Shown here: positions 60,370-64,000 of the stretch, one piece after another
How the letters are laid out: each line of letters begins with the position of its first letter
How positions within the stretch are numbered: position 1 is the first letter of the stretch
Assembly: GCA_963838375.1 (NCBI GenBank)
Contig: CAWIQY010000021.1
Location: 308,955 to 372,954, forward strand
DNA: 64,000 nucleotides
Source of the DNA: an uncultured cyanobacterium
GTDB lineage: Bacteria; Cyanobacteriota; Cyanobacteriia; Cyanobacteriales; Geitlerinemataceae
Reading direction: 5' to 3'
Program-made: the position numbers and the translations under genes
The notes under the pieces: model-generated
Seen by the model: only the letters and a program-made list of their open reading frames with translations
The model's database searches: none
Told to the model about the DNA's origin: nothing

Positions 60370-61700
60370 TTTAGGGGGACTTTTATCCGTATTTTTTTTG
60401 ATAAAAGCATGCTATCATGGCTCGTATGATAGTTAGAGAGGCTAAGTTAAAACACGGTACAGCAGAGCAATACTCTACCATTGATGAAGCCATCCGAACA
60501 GCACAGTTCATTCGGAACAAAGCCGTTCGCTACTGGATGGATAATCCCGGCACAAATAAAGCCGCTCTGTATAGCATTTGCAAGGATTTAGCTAAGGAAT
60601 TTTGCTTTGCTAAAAAGCTGAACTCTGCCGCTAGACAAGCTAGTGCTGAACGGGCTTGGGCTGCTATTTCTAGCTTCTACGTCCGTTGTAAAAAGGGAGC
60701 CGGGAAAAAAGGTTTTCCAAAGTTTAAAAAACATTGTCGCTCTGTAGAGTACAAGGTTTCAGGCTGGAAGCTATCGGCTGATTGCAAGTCGATCGCATTT
60801 ACTGATGGTTTTGAGATTGGAACCTTGTCGATATTTTGCAACCATGAAACTCAAAAATATCTCCACACCTTAAAAATCAATCGGGTGCGAATCGTGCGCA
60901 AAGCAGATGGGTATTATGCCCAGTTCTGTTTTGATGCCGAGCGCAAGGAGCAGGGCGAGTATTCGGGTAATGTTGTTGGATTAGATCTAGGACTGAAGTT
61001 TTTCACCAAAGATCAAAACGATAATGCCGTAATATATCCCCAGTTCTTGAGAAAGACCCAAAAGCGACTTAAGAAAGCTCAAAGAAAATTAAGCAAGAAA
61101 TTTATGAAGGGTGCAAAGCCCCAATCAAAGAACTATCACAAAGCTCGAAAAAGACTAGGTAGAATCCATCTTAAAATCCAAAGACAGCGTAGAGACTGGG
61201 CAATTAAGCAAGCCCGGTGCGTAGTGGCATCTAACGATGTTGTGGTCTATGAAGATTTAAAGATTGCGAACATGGTCAAGAATCATCACTTGGCGGGATC
61301 TATTTCTGATGCGGGTTGGTATCAATACACTCAAGGGTTGGACTACTACGGGAAGGTATGGGATAAGGTAGTTGTGGCGGTATCGCCCAACTATACGTCC
61401 CAAGACTGCTCTAGCTGCGGCCATAGAGTTAAAAAATCTCTCAGCACTAGAACTCATTCGTGCCCTAGCTGCAAAATGGAAATCTGCCGTGATACAAATG
61501 CGGCTTTAAATATCTTGCACAAAGGGTTAAATCTTCTTGGTGTTGAGTGGAATAAATACGGTACTTCTGGGCAAGAAGGATCCGCGCCGGAAGGCGGAAA
61601 GGCTGGGGAGAAGATCGCCGCTACTGCCGATGGGCAATTTGACGCAGCAAGTGAACTTCTAGGAACCAGCAATTAGAATCCCCGTGCCTTTTAGGCATGA
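60370..61700 (+). mobile_element. Second IS200/IS605-family TnpB-only element (apparently intact); boundaries approximate
   Basis: It carries the tnpB ORF. Subterminal hairpins share a CCTTTTAGG loop: the left end cccccttttaggggg (60372-60386) and the right end gtgccttttaggcat (61686-61700). Confidence 0.55.
60417..61676 (+). CDS. tnpB: TnpB (IS605 OrfB-family RNA-guided endonuclease), intact
   Basis: 419 aa. RuvC-I is VVGLDLGLKF, the zinc finger is CSSCGHR...CPSCKME and RuvC-III is ICRDTNAALNIL. It is a different subfamily from the tnpB at 14635. Confidence 0.9.
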   Translation: MARMIVREAKLKHGTAEQYSTIDEAIRTAQFIRNKAVRYWMDNPGTNKAALYSICKDLAKEFCFAKKLNSAARQASAERAWAAISSFYVRCKKGAGKKGFPKFKKHCRSVEYKVSGWKLSADCKSIAFTDGFEIGTLSIFCNHETQKYLHTLKINRVRIVRKADGYYAQFCFDAERKEQGEYSGNVVGLDLGLKFFTKDQNDNAVIYPQFLRKTQKRLKKAQRKLSKKFMKGAKPQSKNYHKARKRLGRIHLKIQRQRRDWAIKQARCVVASNDVVVYEDLKIANMVKNHHLAGSISDAGWYQYTQGLDYYGKVWDKVVVAVSPNYTSQDCSSCGHRVKKSLSTRTHSCPSCKMEICRDTNAALNILHKGLNLLGVEWNKYGTSGQEGSAPEGGKAGEKIAATADGQFDAASELLGTSN

Positions 61701-61889
61701 GGAGTATGTCAATTTTGTATTAATGAACTCTTGCATCCGTCATTTTATCTGTGCGATCTCTCTGTGCGATCGCCATTGATAGCTGTTTCCACTCAAGTGA
61801 TGATACGACTGCATCAGATATTTGACTCAAGGAAACCGACGATCGATAGTGAAGTTCCCCTCCTGTAACTCCTGCTATAACAATCAACC

Positions 61890-62981
61890 ATGGCTTTGAT
61901 TCTTACCTTTCTCGGAAAAGGCGGTACGGGACGCACGACTGTTGCTCTGGCTGCCGCTAAGCAACTGGCAAGTCAGGGTAAACGAGTTCTGTTTGCCGAT
62001 CGAGATGCCAGTCCGGCTTTTAGCATCCTAACCGGAATGACGATCGGTTTGGAACCCACCCAAATCGCCCCCAACCTCCACGCCGTCCAACTTCAGTCTC
62101 CCCACCTGTTAGAAAAGGGATGGACGGAAGTGAAGAAACTAGAAGCCGAATACGTTCGGACTCCTTTTTTCAAAGAAATTTACGGGGAAGAACTGGCAGT
62201 ATTGCCGGGAATGGATGCCGTTCTCGCTCTCAACGAGTTGCGCTTGTACGACGACACCGGGAAGTACGATGTCTTGGTGTACGATGGAGCAGACGATCGC
62301 GAAACCCTGCGGATGTTGGGTAGTGCTGAAATTGCCAGTTGGTATTTCCGCCGCTTTCGCCAAGTCTTAGAAGATTCCGATCTGGTGAGGGCTTTGACGC
62401 CGTTTTTCCAACCGATTAGCAGCGCCATTCTCAACGTCGATTGGGCGCCCGATGATTGGTCGAAGAAAAACAAGTTTAACGAAATGCTCGAAAGCGGTAA
62501 AGCCGCACTTGCCGATCCGACTCGAGTGGCGGCGTATTTGGTGACGACAGAATCCCCAGCCGCGATCGCCACCGCCAAGTATCGGTGGGGATGCGCCCAG
62601 CAAGCGGGTTTGACCGTTGGAGGCATTATCGTCAATCGATCGAATAATGCCGATGCACTCGCAACCGAATTTTCCCCGCTGTCGGTATCCACCGTTCCCA
62701 CCCTAGTTGACGACGATTGGCAACCCCTGATGGCAGCCATCCCCGATGTCCGTCAAGCCACTACGGTTCCCAGACCGATCGAAATCGATATCGTCCAAAA
62801 ACAGGTTCGCCTATTTTTACCCGGTTTCGAGAAAAAGCAGGTCAAACTGATTCAATCGGGACCGGAAATTACGATCGAAGCCGGAGATCAGCGCCGTAAT
62901 ATTTTCCTGCCGCCGCAGTTGCAAGGTAGAGCTGTAACCGGGGCGAAATTCCAGAATCAATTCCTGACGATTTCGTTTTAG
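61890..62981 (+). CDS. ArsA/GET3-family (anion-transporting ATPase-like) P-loop ATPase
   Basis: 363 aa. A deviant Walker A FLGKGGTGRTTVALAAA and ArsA-family architecture are present. Confidence 0.7.
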   Translation: MALILTFLGKGGTGRTTVALAAAKQLASQGKRVLFADRDASPAFSILTGMTIGLEPTQIAPNLHAVQLQSPHLLEKGWTEVKKLEAEYVRTPFFKEIYGEELAVLPGMDAVLALNELRLYDDTGKYDVLVYDGADDRETLRMLGSAEIASWYFRRFRQVLEDSDLVRALTPFFQPISSAILNVDWAPDDWSKKNKFNEMLESGKAALADPTRVAAYLVTTESPAAIATAKYRWGCAQQAGLTVGGIIVNRSNNADALATEFSPLSVSTVPTLVDDDWQPLMAAIPDVRQATTVPRPIEIDIVQKQVRLFLPGFEKKQVKLIQSGPEITIEAGDQRRNIFLPPQLQGRAVTGAKFQNQFLTISF

Positions 62982-63070
62982 GGTTGGTAGATCCGCACAA
63001 CAGTCCCGACTTCTTCAAGAAGTCGGGAGCTGAGATCGAGACAAATGCTTCGCCCATCTGCCGATCTTCC

Positions 63071-64000
63071 CTAAGACGGCAAATCGGGTAACGTTCCAGC
63101 TCGCATATTTAGCTCCATCGTTTTGCCATCGCGACGCAATTCCAAGGAAACGGAATTTCCGACCTGAATATCATTGACGATCGCCTGGACTTCATCGGCT
63201 TGGTTCACTGTTTGACCGTTAATTGTTTGGATCGCATCTCCAGTTCGCAACCCCGCCCGATCGGCTGGCGAATCGGCAATCACCCGGACGATTAACACCC
63301 CTTTATCTTCATTGACTGTAATTCCACTACTGGGATTATTATTGATATTTTCCTGAATTTCTGGAGTCAATCCCACCATTTGAATCCCCAAATATGGGTG
63401 TTCGACTTTGCCGTTGGCGACCAATTGTTCGGCGATTTGTCGGACGGTATCGATCGGGATGGCAAACCCCAAACCTTGTGCGCCTTGGATAATTGCCGTA
63501 TTCATGCCGATCGCTTCTCCAGCTTGATTGAGTAGCGGTCCGCCGGAGTTGCCGGGATTGATGGCAGCATCGGTTTGGATGAAGTTTACCCGCTTGTCGG
63601 GAACCCCCACCTGGCTGCTCGATCGACCGGTAGCGCTGATAATACCCGTGGTGACGGTGCTATCCAACCCCAGGGGATTACCGATGGCGATCGCCCATTC
63701 TCCCGGTTGTAGGCGATCGGAATCCCCCAGCGTTACCGTCGGCAAATCCTCAGCCTCGATCTGCACCACCGCCACATCCGTCACTGCATCTCGACCGACC
63801 ACTTTCCCCATCATGCTGCGTCCATCTTTGAGCGTCACCGTCACTGTGTCTGCCCCATCCACGACGTGAGCATTGGTGACAATCTGTCCCCCAGCTTCGA
63901 GAATAAAGCCGGAACCCGTACCGGATTGGACTTGACGATCGGGCATTTGGGGGACGCGATTGCCAAAAAATTGTCGGAACACGGGATCGTCGAACTGTTG
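63071..64000 (-). CDS. htrA: HtrA/DegP-family serine protease (trypsin-like domain + PDZ); 5' end lies beyond the window
   Basis: The catalytic triad context is TNAHVV (His), DVAV (Asp) and GNSGGPL (Ser). A C-terminal PDZ domain is present. The reading frame stays open upstream of the GTG at 63982 to the window edge. Confidence 0.9.
   Translation of the reverse strand, partial: QQFDDPVFRQFFGNRVPQMPDRQVQSGTGSGFILEAGGQIVTNAHVVDGADTVTVTLKDGRSMMGKVVGRDAVTDVAVVQIEAEDLPTVTLGDSDRLQPGEWAIAIGNPLGLDSTVTTGIISATGRSSSQVGVPDKRVNFIQTDAAINPGNSGGPLLNQAGEAIGMNTAIIQGAQGLGFAIPIDTVRQIAEQLVANGKVEHPYLGIQMVGLTPEIQENINNNPSSGITVNEDKGVLIVRVIADSPADRAGLRTGDAIQTINGQTVNQADEVQAIVNDIQVGNSVSLELRRDGKTMELNMRAGTLPDLPS

Overview
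This 64-kb window looks like a cyanobacterial chromosome segment; GCGATCGC/CGATCG (HIP1-like) motifs occur throughout. It mixes housekeeping genes with a substantial accessory content.

Core genes: a 5'-partial CheA-like hybrid kinase, carA, serA, prmA, carB, a PLD-type cardiolipin synthase, glnB, sfsA, murJ, pilT, tRNA-Ala(GGC), hisF, an ArsA-family ATPase and a 5'-partial htrA.

Accessory content:
- a decayed toxin-antitoxin islet (DUF2283/DUF4258 and DUF433/DUF5615);
- two Uma2 endonucleases;
- a vapBC module whose vapC toxin is split by an IS200/IS605-family TnpB-only element, itself frameshifted;
- a second, intact TnpB element;
- a ~250-bp dispersed repeat in three copies that brackets the vapBC/Uma2 cassette;
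- a CHAT protease, fasciclin, TPR, Ser/Thr kinase and HTH-NB-ARC cluster;
- an RTX-repeat zinc metalloprotease;
- an NfeD-flotillin pair;
- a minus-strand operon of a membrane protein, two paralogous pentapeptide-repeat proteins and a degenerate DinG-like helicase;
- a visibly AT-richer island carrying a P-loop NTPase translationally coupled to a 1651-aa NACHT-TM-WD40 STAND protein.

At least six genes show apparent frameshifts (prmA, tnpB, NB-ARC, flotillin, murJ, the P-loop NTPase). I cannot tell whether these are assembly indels or real pseudogenisation. All calls rest on reading the supplied ORF translations and the sequence by eye; no database search was possible.
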